From the sequence record PX880099.1: DNA of 64,000 nucleotides; one strand, 5' to 3'. The position numbers and the translations under genes are program-made. Origin of the DNA: a phage. Below the pieces are notes generated by a model. The model saw only the letters and a program-made list of their open reading frames with translations, had not been told where the DNA came from and searched no databases. Position 1 is the stretch's first letter. The number at the start of each line of letters is the position of its first letter. Shown piece by piece: positions 48,151 through 56,733 of this stretch.

Positions 48151-48784
48151 TTTTAATATCTTCTAAAGACGCTTTATATTCTTCCCAGTTAATGCCAATA
48201 GCAGCTTCTTTCTCTTCTTTTGTCAGATTAGCAAAAGGCATAGGATTATTTCCAAAAACATCGTCTGGGTGGATATAAGCCATGATACGAAGTGGACAAG
48301 GTATTGCCTGAATACCCTGATTCAAACCAGCAGCTTTCAAACGGTGTACCCATTCAGCATCTTCAAAACCATAGCCGTGAGTGTAAGGGCGGAAATAACC
48401 CATCTTCTCAACAACGGCACGAGAATACATTGCAAATTGACACATTGCAAGTTCCCAGAGAATAACTTCTCCTTTACTCCCAACAACTTTATCTTTGAAA
48501 TACTCCGGCATACCAAAGAAATCCCATCCTCCAGAGACAGCTTGATCTACAAAATATGTTTCCCATCCCTCCATGATTGGGTAGCAATCGTCGTCAAAAA
48601 TAAACCAATAATCATAACCTTCTTCATAAAACTGGTGCATAAGTTCATTCCTGGCATAAGCTACACCTTTACGATCTGGATCGTTGAATACTCGAAAATC
48701 TGCGTGTGGATCTGTTACAAGGTAGTCTTTAAGTGGACGGACACCTACAGTGATAACACCCACTCCGATTTTAATATTTTCCAT
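48101..48784 (-). CDS. Putative GT-A-fold glycosyltransferase (DxD motif)
   Basis: 227 aa; ARNELMHQFYEEGYDYWFIFDDDCYP resembles the GT2-type nucleotide-sugar-binding region with DxD. Confidence 0.4.
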   Translation of the reverse strand: MENIKIGVGVITVGVRPLKDYLVTDPHADFRVFNDPDRKGVAYARNELMHQFYEEGYDYWFIFDDDCYPIMEGWETYFVDQAVSGGWDFFGMPEYFKDKVVGSKGEVILWELAMCQFAMYSRAVVEKMGYFRPYTHGYGFEDAEWVHRLKAAGLNQGIQAIPCPLRIMAYIHPDDVFGNNPMPFANLTKEEKEAAIGINWEEYKASLEDIKNGKIRISYEEALAHVK

Positions 48785-48792
48785 TTTCTCTC

Positions 48793-49356
48793 CTAAATAG
48801 TTTTACTGTGATCGTGACAGTGTAATAAATGATGTATAGACCGTTGAGGATTTGTTTGACCTAATCTGTAAATGTGAAACAGATACATTCCCCGCATCAA
48901 TCCTAACCTCTTTCCTTTTTCATGTAAAGTGCGAGAGAAAATTAAGTCGAATTGGATAGATTTTTCTTCGAAAGGAATTTCATTCCACAATGATTTTCTA
49001 AAAAGCAAAAAGAAACCTGCTAGAGGTGTTCCGAAAGGAACTTCTTCAACACTCACTTTATGATAGTCTCTTGCAACCTTAGCATATTCTATATGGTTTA
49101 GAATATCTGGATCATCGTTAATTTGGTTAGAGAAAAGCTGATAACCACTACCTAACCTGTTACAAGTTGCACCTATTACATCAAAAGGTGGGTTTGACAT
49201 AACAAGCTCTTCAAGCATAGATGGTTGATCAGGCAGGAGGAACATCGTATCGGTATCTCTTAAACACACCCAACTATCATCTGGAAGAACGGCAATAGCT
49301 TCATTGATAGCCTTGCCGATATTTCCTGTCAGATAGGGAGTAATATAATAAATCAT
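48793..49356 (-). CDS. Putative glycosyltransferase-like protein
   Basis: 187 aa; N-terminal YYITPY...VCLRDTDTMFL resembles GT-A start with a D-x-D. Weak. Confidence 0.3.
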   Translation of the reverse strand: MIYYITPYLTGNIGKAINEAIAVLPDDSWVCLRDTDTMFLLPDQPSMLEELVMSNPPFDVIGATCNRLGSGYQLFSNQINDDPDILNHIEYAKVARDYHKVSVEEVPFGTPLAGFFLLFRKSLWNEIPFEEKSIQFDLIFSRTLHEKGKRLGLMRGMYLFHIYRLGQTNPQRSIHHLLHCHDHSKTI

Positions 49357-49372
49357 TCTCCCCTCCGTTATA

Positions 49373-49564
49373 TTAACTGTCAGCTACAATCCCACGTTTA
49401 ATCATTTCTTGTTGGATTTGGATGACACGATCTCGTGCTTCCATATATTCTTTAAAAGATTCTTGGAGATGGTCACGAGCTACATCCCGTAGTTTAATCA
49501 GTTTGTCGTTTGTCACTTCTTGAAGAGAGATCTCGCCAGTTTCATTGGTCCCAAGCGTTTTCAT
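49373..49564 (-). CDS. Hypothetical protein
   Basis: 63-aa ORF with AAGGAGG RBS. Confidence 0.45.
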   Translation of the reverse strand: MKTLGTNETGEISLQEVTNDKLIKLRDVARDHLQESFKEYMEARDRVIQIQQEMIKRGIVADS

Positions 49565-49772
49565 TTACAACCTCCTTAATAGCTACTGCACAGTTCTTAC
49601 AAATACATTGACCTTTGTTCTTAGAAATTTCAATGTAAGGTTCATTTTCGTTTTCTCCGCGTCGTGAATCGTATATTACAGTATTGAAGCAGACAACGCA
49701 AATGTTTTTAATAACGACATATTTTTGCACTTTTTGTTTAGTGCGAAAATTGACTTCAATAACTTCTCCCAT
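49542..49772 (-). CDS. Small Cys-rich protein (zinc-finger-like)
   Basis: ORF called from 49820; preferred start is ATG at 49772 (MGEVIEV...) with GGGAG RBS, overlapping upstream stop (TGATG); CVVC...CKNC pairs. Confidence 0.45.
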   Translation of the reverse strand: MGEVIEVNFRTKQKVQKYVVIKNICVVCFNTVIYDSRRGENENEPYIEISKNKGQCICKNCAVAIKEVVNENAWDQ

Positions 49773-50056
49773 CAGTGAATCTCCCCTAAAATGTTGTTTT
49801 GAGACATTACTGCGGAGCATTCTACAGCATCATGAGTCCTTGCAAAACGCTCCCACAACACAGCATCTACTTTAAGAACCATACAAGGATAAATACTGTC
49901 GTTGATCATATCAATACTGTATTTATCTACATCCTTTTCATCTTCCATAAACAAAGTAGCGTATGCTTCCAAATGCTTACGGGTGTAGTATACGTCCTCT
50001 TCGGTAAGACCGACAACCAGGTAACTTGCTACAACAACAGTATTATCTTCTTGCAT
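49772..50056 (-). CDS. Hypothetical protein
   Basis: ORF called from 50119; preferred start is ATG at 50056 (MQEDNT...) with AAGGGGAG RBS. Confidence 0.45.
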   Translation of the reverse strand: MQEDNTVVVASYLVVGLTEEDVYYTRKHLEAYATLFMEDEKDVDKYSIDMINDSIYPCMVLKVDAVLWERFARTHDAVECSAVMSQNNILGEIH

Positions 50057-50057
50057 T

Positions 50058-50579
50058 TTAACTCCCCTTTGGTAGATAGAAACCATGCACTTTATCTCGA
50101 TAAACAAGACGCATATCACGCTCCCAGTGTGTCTTTATATTCCGCTTCTTGAAGTATAGAGCACCTTTAGTAACATCTAAAACAGACCGCAATTCAGGAA
50201 AATGTTTCTCTAAATAAAGTAAACGCTCCGCTATTGCTTTTGCTTCCTGCCACTTATCTTTCTCTGTTACGTTAAAAGTTTTCGCATATGAGAATTGCCC
50301 TTTCTGGAACAAGACTCCTCTGACTGTGTTAGGAAAGTAGGCATCATTTCTTCTATTGATTACCACATTCCCAACGGCATTCATTCCTTTTTTACCCAGA
50401 CCGCGACCTTCTGCGTAAATTGCACAAGCTAATAGAATTTTATCATTATATTGCTTTGTACATTTGTGAACTACTTTAGCGGTTTTTACGTTTGCAGCTT
50501 CGGCTTTCGCCACAACAGGTGTAAATGTAAAAGCAGTTAAGGATAGTAACGCAACTGTTACAAAGTTTTTTATCAGCAA
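50058..50579 (-). CDS. Secreted cell-wall hydrolase, SleB-like (candidate endolysin)
   Basis: 173 aa; N-terminal signal-peptide-like segment MLIKNFVTVALLSLTAFTFTPVVAKA; LACAIYAEGRG block typical of SleB-type hydrolases; TTG start with AAGGAGG RBS. Confidence 0.6.
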   Translation of the reverse strand: MLIKNFVTVALLSLTAFTFTPVVAKAEAANVKTAKVVHKCTKQYNDKILLACAIYAEGRGLGKKGMNAVGNVVINRRNDAYFPNTVRGVLFQKGQFSYAKTFNVTEKDKWQEAKAIAERLLYLEKHFPELRSVLDVTKGALYFKKRNIKTHWERDMRLVYRDKVHGFYLPKGS

Positions 50580-50611
50580 ATTTTGCCTCCTTTTTAAGTT
50601 AACGAACTTCT

Positions 50612-50640
50612 AGTATAACACGATAGAGGCTTTATTGCAA
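50612..50640 (-). promoter_or_regulatory. Sigma70-like promoter for hydrolase gene (minus strand)
   Basis: On minus strand: TTGCAA (plus 50635-50640), 17-nt spacer, TGT-TATACT (plus 50612-50617). Confidence 0.5.
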
Positions 50641-50678
50641 GAGGGGGATTTCTCCCCCTCAAAATCATTTGTTAATTA

Positions 50679-51281
50679 TTATGGACATTCATACCATTCT
50701 TTTTTACCACCGAAGGCCATCACCACATCGCAAATATCCAGACCAGCTTTACCTACACCATATGCTTTCAGTTTCCATTCCCCATCTTCACGAACCAAGG
50801 AAGCCACGTGGCAGATTGTGTTGCCAGCTACTTCAGGAGCCAGGAAGTCAAAATCCAGAATTTCCACATTGCGCTCGGAGTCGAAGATTTTAAGCATACC
50901 TTCAGAAGCATGACCAAAACGTTTCAGACCTGTATCATCATCAATGGTCAGAACAAAGGCAATCTCTTGTGCATCAGGAGAGATTTTAGCCAGAGTAATA
51001 TCAATCTGCTCCATGCTGCCAGTTCCATCACGAACATCGTCACCAGCGAAGGTAGAACGTTCAGGATCAAACTTGTTAGCATAGCAAACTAGATGACGTG
51101 CAGACAGCATTTCAGGATTGCCAGCGGCATTGTGACGACAAACCAGTGCACTTACATCCAGATCCAGTTTAGAATCAGATTTCCAAGAGAATTCCAGGCG
51201 CAGTTCTTTCAGAGCCGGAGCAACTTTCTTCAGGGAAATTTTTTCGCTAGAGCCTTTTTTCAGAGAAATTTTATCAGTCAT
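50679..51281 (-). CDS. TerD-domain protein
   Basis: 200 aa; aligns by eye with E. coli TerD (ISLKKG..ISLKK / VSLSKGGNVSLSK; LDLDVSALV / FDLDASAFL; GEWKLKAYGVGKAGL / GEWKFRAVGQGYAGGL). Confidence 0.8.
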   Translation of the reverse strand: MTDKISLKKGSSEKISLKKVAPALKELRLEFSWKSDSKLDLDVSALVCRHNAAGNPEMLSARHLVCYANKFDPERSTFAGDDVRDGTGSMEQIDITLAKISPDAQEIAFVLTIDDDTGLKRFGHASEGMLKIFDSERNVEILDFDFLAPEVAGNTICHVASLVREDGEWKLKAYGVGKAGLDICDVVMAFGGKKEWYECP

Positions 51282-51296
51282 CTTTTGTCTCCTCTA

Positions 51297-51566
51297 TTAT
51301 TTAAGTGTAATACCAGTTACAGTCAATTCTACTTCCAAAAGCTTAGATGTGTTTTGGATTGCTACTAATTGTGCATGATGGTTTAGTTCTACAGCAGAAT
51401 AATCATTTTCCCCATCATCTACTTTTAAATAAACAATAACTTCACTAAGGTCTAAACCATTTTCGTCAAATGCATTTTCATAGACGAAAGTATCTCCTAC
51501 ATCCAAATCTTTAATGGTAAGGCATCGTTTATTTACTTTTTGCTCATCAATTTCGAAGTTTAACAC
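51297..51566 (-). CDS. Hypothetical protein, paralogue of 52588-52866
   Basis: 89 aa; shares DLxxGDTF, Y(E/D)(N/A)(A/Y)(F/E)D(E/A)(N)GLD and C-terminal EV(E/D)L(T/E)VT(G/N)ITLK with the other copy. Confidence 0.5.
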   Translation of the reverse strand: MLNFEIDEQKVNKRCLTIKDLDVGDTFVYENAFDENGLDLSEVIVYLKVDDGENDYSAVELNHHAQLVAIQNTSKLLEVELTVTGITLK

Positions 51567-51795
51567 TTCTTCCTCCTAATGTTATCTCCGGTTTGTATAT
51601 ACGAAGAATTATAGCATTTTCATTTTCTTTGTCAACCCATTCTTCATAATCGGGCCATACATGAATCTCTACTCTACTTACAATATCTTCCATCCGCACA
51701 GTCCCAATGAAATATTCTTTGAGACTGCGCATAATGAAAGCTTCTCTCTCGCGCCAATAATTTTCTACGACTTGAGAGGCAAGCTCGTCGATCAT
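51547..51795 (-). CDS. Hypothetical protein
   Basis: 82-aa ORF; overlapping stop/start with neighbours. Confidence 0.45.
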   Translation of the reverse strand: MIDELASQVVENYWREREAFIMRSLKEYFIGTVRMEDIVSRVEIHVWPDYEEWVDKENENAIILRIYKPEITLGGRSVKLRN

Positions 51796-52586
51796 TTTTT
51801 AGCACCTACCTTAACAACCCACTCTCCGAACTCTTCAGATAAGAGTTTGTCATAAAGCTCTGAATCTGTCAAGTCTAAATCTTTAATGCCAATAAAACCA
51901 ACATTGTCATAAGCATTTGCCAGTTCTTTCAGGAAGCTGAACTTCTCATTACCAACGCCAACCATGAACCAATAGATAGGCTTATTCTTATTCTCTTCAA
52001 TAAGACGACGAACAGCACTAGGATCACCATTCTCACCATCTGTCTGGAAGAATACAACACCAGGAGTAACGTCAGCACCTGGTTCAGATACAGCTACAAC
52101 TTTTTCACGCTCTACCGATACTGTTTCAGTTTTACCCAGCAGACGATTAAAGAAGCCTTTCTTTGGAGCCTCCTCTTGTACCACTTGTTTAGTGGTAACA
52201 TATTTGGTAACAGTGCCAAAATACTCATCGTAGATATCTGCCATTACAGGGGCGTAATTTGTTCCACCTCCGATACGAACATTACGCATACATTTACCAA
52301 CATAGTCATCGTAAACGTCTGCTGTTGCTGGAGTAAGCTCTTGAGAACTCGTATTGAAGGCCCACATGTCAATTTGTTCATTATCGTCGAACAGCATACC
52401 AAAAGGAAGCAGTTTGCCTACAAAATCACTCACTACCCCACGAGTATATAGACCATGCATACTACCAGAAATATCTAGAGCACATGCTACACGAAGAACA
52501 ATCTTACCTTCATTCAGGTTCTTATTCTTTTTCAGAGAGAAAGCAAGGTTTTCTTGACGTTTTTTCAGGCTGATTTTCTCGGACAT
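51792..52586 (-). CDS. vWA-domain protein (TerY-like)
   Basis: 264 aa; MIDAS motif DISGSM; N-terminus (MSEKISLKK) echoes TerD start; sits within Ter-type neighbourhood. Confidence 0.55.
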   Translation of the reverse strand: MSEKISLKKRQENLAFSLKKNKNLNEGKIVLRVACALDISGSMHGLYTRGVVSDFVGKLLPFGMLFDDNEQIDMWAFNTSSQELTPATADVYDDYVGKCMRNVRIGGGTNYAPVMADIYDEYFGTVTKYVTTKQVVQEEAPKKGFFNRLLGKTETVSVEREKVVAVSEPGADVTPGVVFFQTDGENGDPSAVRRLIEENKNKPIYWFMVGVGNEKFSFLKELANAYDNVGFIGIKDLDLTDSELYDKLLSEEFGEWVVKVGAKK

Positions 52587-52587
52587 A

Positions 52588-52866
52588 TTATTTCTCCTTC
52601 TTAAGTGTAATATTGGTAACTTCTAAATCTACTTCCACCATATTTGTATCTGGTGGGATGCAATGAGTATAGCCTCGTTGTGCTAGTGATCCATTAATAC
52701 AGATCGCACTGTTTGTGGAATTTTTAATGAACACCAAGTTACGGTAGGTATCCAACCCTGCGTCTTCATAGGCATCATAATACATGAATGTGTCCCCTAT
52801 GCCAAGGTCTTCGAAAGCAATAGGTAAATCCTGACACTTTTCTTCTTGAATATTGAATCTAAACAC
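52588..52866 (-). CDS. Hypothetical protein, paralogue of 51297-51566
   Basis: ORF called from 52932; GTG at 52866 is preferred (GAGGAGG RBS 5 nt upstream; aligns with start of paralogue). Confidence 0.45.
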   Translation of the reverse strand: MFRFNIQEEKCQDLPIAFEDLGIGDTFMYYDAYEDAGLDTYRNLVFIKNSTNSAICINGSLAQRGYTHCIPPDTNMVEVDLEVTNITLKKEK

Positions 52867-53422
52867 GCATACCTCCTCTACCAATTTTGAAGCCCAAATC
52901 GTAAGCTTCCTTAGTGATCTTTTGTAACTCACTTATAGGAAGTGTTACAAGAGGATCATCTTCTTCAATTTCCATCTTGTCATCTTCTGTTTCAATGAGA
53001 GTATTATGCACTTTGTGATAAGGGTTGTCAACACGTTTAAACTTATTCTTTTCTGTGCTGAAAAAACAATCTGGATCTTCTTCACCATCACCCCAACCTT
53101 GGTTAGGATCTCCGTCAGATTGTTCTGTAGGGATTTCACCTGTAAAATACTCTTCCAGCACCATAGCGATACCGTCCCTTGGATTCGAGGAATGCATTAA
53201 ATCACAAACCTTACCCCAATCCATAGCCCATTCGAACCGTTCACGAACGCCATTTTCATTCTCCTTTCCAGAGAAAACACAACCATAACTATCATAGTTG
53301 CCATACATCTCTTCAATAACAACACCATCCTTCAAAAGAAAGAGATAGCAAGGTGATCCGTCGAAAGAAGTAGAAAGGGCAGCTTTGCCCGATTCCTTAC
53401 ACAAAAAGCTAAAACAACCCAT
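52859..53422 (-). CDS. Hypothetical acidic protein
   Basis: 187-aa ORF in operon context. Confidence 0.5.
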   Translation of the reverse strand: MGCFSFLCKESGKAALSTSFDGSPCYLFLLKDGVVIEEMYGNYDSYGCVFSGKENENGVRERFEWAMDWGKVCDLMHSSNPRDGIAMVLEEYFTGEIPTEQSDGDPNQGWGDGEEDPDCFFSTEKNKFKRVDNPYHKVHNTLIETEDDKMEIEEDDPLVTLPISELQKITKEAYDLGFKIGRGGMRV

Positions 53423-53619
53423 TACAAACCCTCCTTCAGATTATCAAGAGCTACAGTGGTTTCACAAAATTCTCCATATGCTTTATGATGTTCTAGAAAA
53501 GCTTCAGGTCCACCCCAATCATTATCGTGTGTATTCCAACCATCAATAAAAGCATCTTCAATGATTGTGATCAGTTCCTGTCGAGTCAACGTAATGGTAT
53601 CAGGTTTTGGATTATGCAT
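53422..53619 (-). CDS. Hypothetical protein
   Basis: 65-aa ORF; start overlaps upstream small ORF stop. Confidence 0.45.
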   Translation of the reverse strand: MHNPKPDTITLTRQELITIIEDAFIDGWNTHDNDWGGPEAFLEHHKAYGEFCETTVALDNLKEGL

Positions 53620-53785
53620 CTTCTTTCTCCTCTAAAATATGAAACCCATAGCTACAATAGTCCTGAAAGGTTTCGTGTGCAAGATCTTCTATATCCTCTT
53701 GAGACATATCATCTTCAATTTCGATATCCACAACCTCATTGCATCCACACCAAGCAGTTTCAATATTCACTCGTAAAGTTTTCAT
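53612..53785 (-). CDS. Small hypothetical protein (57 aa)
   Basis: Not in ORF track. GAGGAAG RBS before ATG; ATGA overlap with upstream stop; fills an otherwise empty 160-nt gap. Confidence 0.3.
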   Translation of the reverse strand: MKTLRVNIETAWCGCNEVVDIEIEDDMSQEDIEDLAHETFQDYCSYGFHILEEKEDA

Positions 53786-53988
53786 TCTTCTTCCTCATTA
53801 AATTCCACATCAGAAATAACTTTAAATCTACCAAAGTTACGACAACCTTCATAGATATATCCATCACGACAAGCTGCAAAAATATCTGGAGTTTGTAGCT
53901 GGGTCATTGGGGCAAAGCGTTTCTCTTCGTCATAACGAACACCTATTTCTCCAGCTTGTTCGTCAAGCATGTATACACGGATTCTCAT
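53782..53988 (-). CDS. Hypothetical protein
   Basis: 68-aa ORF; coupled to TelA-like gene upstream. Confidence 0.45.
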   Translation of the reverse strand: MRIRVYMLDEQAGEIGVRYDEEKRFAPMTQLQTPDIFAACRDGYIYEGCRNFGRFKVISDVEFNEEEE

Positions 53989-55097
53989 TTACCCAACCCC
54001 TTCTTAACAGCGTCAACCATCCCATCTTCGAGAGATTGAACTTCATTGATGTAATCAACACGGGCAGCACGGGCTTCCGTATTGATGCGGTTAGTTTCTT
54101 CCAACATTTTAACCAAGTTTTCCTGATCGTGACGCAGAGTTTCAATATCCAACACTTGACGGTTAGCCAGTGCTGCTGCTTCGATCTGATTCTGTGTGGC
54201 AAGATCGCTACCCAGTTTAATTGCCAGGTTAAATTCATCAAGAACGTTATTCTGTGTCTCTGCGGCTTTCATTTGACGTAAGCTTTCAATATACATTGAG
54301 AAGTTAGCAGAGTAAGCAGGAATAACATTATTTACTATGTTACGCGCAGATCGCATTAAGCTTGCAGAAACTTTTTGCATACCTTGCACACGTGGTCCCA
54401 TTTGGACACACAGTAGGCGCAATGCTTTTAAATCCGCAATACGAATCTCCAGAAGATCCAAGGTATCTCGGATCGCTTGTCGCTGTTCTACCGCATCTTC
54501 TGGAAGAGCAGCCAAAGCTTGTTCTTCTTTTTCATAGGTCGCTGTTAGAAGCTGCATATCTCGGTTCAAACTTGCAGCATATTGTCCAATAGCTTGATGT
54601 AGCTTTTCAAGGTATACCAAAGAATCTTCTTCTTTGCGAATATCCATTTGAAGGTTCTTTACCAACTCTTCAATACGGTTATTAACATTATCAAACTCCC
54701 CAAACAGATCTTCTTTCATACCCATAACTTTTTTAATGAGTTTAGTAATACCTTTGCTTTGTTTAATAGAGTTTGGATCAAGTTGTTTTGCCTGTTTAAT
54801 CAAAGCTGTGAGTCGTTCACTCATCTGATCGCCTTGATTACTACGTTGATGTTTTAATACCTCGGCATTCAAGGAACGCAAGGTTGTTCCTGCCTCTGCC
54901 CCGATCTCTTCGATCTCTTGTCGTGTCATAGAAGGCAAAACTGGGACTTCTTGCGGTGCGGCTGGTGCATAAACAGGACTGGCATCTAACACGCTTGGAG
55001 CAAATACAGATTTACTTGCATCTGTTGTTGCAGTGAATACACTCATTTCAGACTTCTTCTGACCACCAGTAGCTGCTTTTAAAAACGGACTTGTCAT
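53985..55097 (-). CDS. TelA-like (toxic anion resistance family) protein
   Basis: 370 aa, largely predicted coiled coil; size and neighbourhood (TerD, TerC, vWA) fit TelA/KlaA; family call not motif-verified. Confidence 0.55.
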   Translation of the reverse strand: MTSPFLKAATGGQKKSEMSVFTATTDASKSVFAPSVLDASPVYAPAAPQEVPVLPSMTRQEIEEIGAEAGTTLRSLNAEVLKHQRSNQGDQMSERLTALIKQAKQLDPNSIKQSKGITKLIKKVMGMKEDLFGEFDNVNNRIEELVKNLQMDIRKEEDSLVYLEKLHQAIGQYAASLNRDMQLLTATYEKEEQALAALPEDAVEQRQAIRDTLDLLEIRIADLKALRLLCVQMGPRVQGMQKVSASLMRSARNIVNNVIPAYSANFSMYIESLRQMKAAETQNNVLDEFNLAIKLGSDLATQNQIEAAALANRQVLDIETLRHDQENLVKMLEETNRINTEARAARVDYINEVQSLEDGMVDAVKKGLGK

Positions 55098-55684
55098 TCT
55101 TCATTCTCCTCTTCTGCATCTCTTATGTATGGTGAAACACCGTATTCTTTAGCTACTTTAACCCAATCGTCCCATTTATACAACCATAATTTTCCTTCTG
55201 TTCCTTCTTTATCTGATTTTAACCACATATTAGGTTGCTTACCTGGATACATGCGATTAGGTTTACGATTATAACCTCTAATACATCTTGTCGCAAACCT
55301 ATCTACCAGAACAAGAACATATTTATATTCGTGGTTCAACGGCTCTTTGGAAGTAGCTTTAGGGTTTGCCCCTAATTCTGCTGCCAGTTTTTGCCAATGA
55401 GCACCGTGCCGACTAAACTTACCCATACAACCATCAATAGCATGAGCAATTTCGTGCTTCATTGTATCCACGATCATATCTCTTGTAGAGTTCTTATGCA
55501 AGTGCCAATTTACAACAACAATTTTATCTCGGTAGTTGCACCAACCGAAAGAGTTATTCACTTTGTTTCTAACGCAAGCTTTATATCCTGCTTCACGTAA
55601 CATGTTGTAGTAAACAGGAAAATCTTCTTTTATTTCCTGCATCACTTCCCACCACAAGAGTTGCAAGTCTCTCTCGGTATACAT
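55094..55684 (-). CDS. SprT-like zinc metallopeptidase domain protein
   Basis: 196 aa; HExxH motif in TMKHEIAHAIDG with downstream Gly/His typical of SprT-like domains. Confidence 0.5.
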   Translation of the reverse strand: MYTERDLQLLWWEVMQEIKEDFPVYYNMLREAGYKACVRNKVNNSFGWCNYRDKIVVVNWHLHKNSTRDMIVDTMKHEIAHAIDGCMGKFSRHGAHWQKLAAELGANPKATSKEPLNHEYKYVLVLVDRFATRCIRGYNRKPNRMYPGKQPNMWLKSDKEGTEGKLWLYKWDDWVKVAKEYGVSPYIRDAEEENEE

Positions 55685-55687
55685 AAC

Positions 55688-56281
55688 TTACACCTTAAAA
55701 GTGAAATGCGTGGTCGTGGCTTCAAAATCAGGGCCAGATAAACGTGCACTGAAATCTGAAATATTTGTAATTAAAAAGCTTTTATGCATACCTAACACAG
55801 CCACGCTTTCAATATCTTCTACTAACATTTCAATCATGTTAGAAACATGGCTGAACGTAGTGTTTTGTTTTTTGATGGTGTAGAAAGAAAGATTCCCACC
55901 TGCTGTATAAGATACTTCTTCAAAATCTTTAATCGTATACTGTGTCCCATCAGTAAAGAAAATGGTAGCTTTATTAGTAGCACGTTTCTTGTTTTTTGGT
56001 CCTTTTTTACGTTTACTGCGAGTAGGAAAACCATTTGGGAATACCGTAGCTACAAATTCTTCAGGAGAAACCTCCTTACCGAAATCATAACCATAAGAAA
56101 CAGCATCTATAAACTCATCGTCCTCATTTTTAAAATAATGAAAATAGGGCCAATTTGACAGATTATCAAGCATCTTATGCTCATCCACAGCAGAGAACGT
56201 ATCCCTCAAAGCACGTGTGATTTGCAAAGCATTAGGCAACCTTTTAACACCTACGATGGAAGTACGAATAGAAATTGTCAT
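55688..56281 (-). CDS. Hypothetical protein
   Basis: 197-aa ORF. Confidence 0.5.
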   Translation of the reverse strand: MTISIRTSIVGVKRLPNALQITRALRDTFSAVDEHKMLDNLSNWPYFHYFKNEDDEFIDAVSYGYDFGKEVSPEEFVATVFPNGFPTRSKRKKGPKNKKRATNKATIFFTDGTQYTIKDFEEVSYTAGGNLSFYTIKKQNTTFSHVSNMIEMLVEDIESVAVLGMHKSFLITNISDFSARLSGPDFEATTTHFTFKV

Positions 56282-56295
56282 TATTTTTCTCCTTA

Positions 56296-56733
56296 TTAAC
56301 GTCGCTTGCTACGAGATGAACTCTTTTTACTTAAAGGGCTATTGTAAGATTTACGAGTTGTATAGCTGCTATTTGTTTTAAAAGTTTGTCTCGGCTTTTC
56401 ATAAGTTTTTATCTCTTGTTTAGGCTTACCATAAAAATTAGTTTTCGGTTTAGGTGTGTTATAATGTTTATTAATAATCGTTCTGTTATCGTTATAATCC
56501 CCGCCGCTACGATTACTGCCACCGCTCATCATATGTCCTAACAACATACCTGTAGCAAACTCACCAACACCGCTACTACTAGAACCGCCACCATTGTTGA
56601 TAATAGTTGTATCTCCGTCAGATCCTTGTTGAGCGTATTGTTGAGGAGGTTGTTGATATTGTGTAGGATTTGTTTCATCCTCGCAAGCTGTTAAAAAGAT
56701 ACAACCAATTAAAATCAGGGCTAGTTTTTTCAT
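56296..56733 (-). CDS. Putative lipoprotein (glycine-zipper, low complexity)
   Basis: ORF called from 56808; preferred start ATG at 56733 with GAGGA RBS gives MKKLALILIGCIFLTAC (lipobox LTAC); Q/G/S/N-rich mature region. Confidence 0.45.
   Translation of the reverse strand: MKKLALILIGCIFLTACEDETNPTQYQQPPQQYAQQGSDGDTTIINNGGGSSSSGVGEFATGMLLGHMMSGGSNRSGGDYNDNRTIINKHYNTPKPKTNFYGKPKQEIKTYEKPRQTFKTNSSYTTRKSYNSPLSKKSSSRSKRR

Noticed and set aside
50641-50660. 8-bp GAGGGGGA/TCCCCCTC hairpin after the TerD gene as a terminator
   Set aside because: Only a TT follows on the minus strand; it abuts the -35 box of the hydrolase promoter, so termination is uncertain and it was not called.
55847-56158. 103-aa plus-strand ORF and other short ORFs (55701-55883, 55834-56034) within the 55688-56281 gene region
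   Set aside because: They overlap a longer minus-strand ORF that sits in operon context; no independent RBS support.
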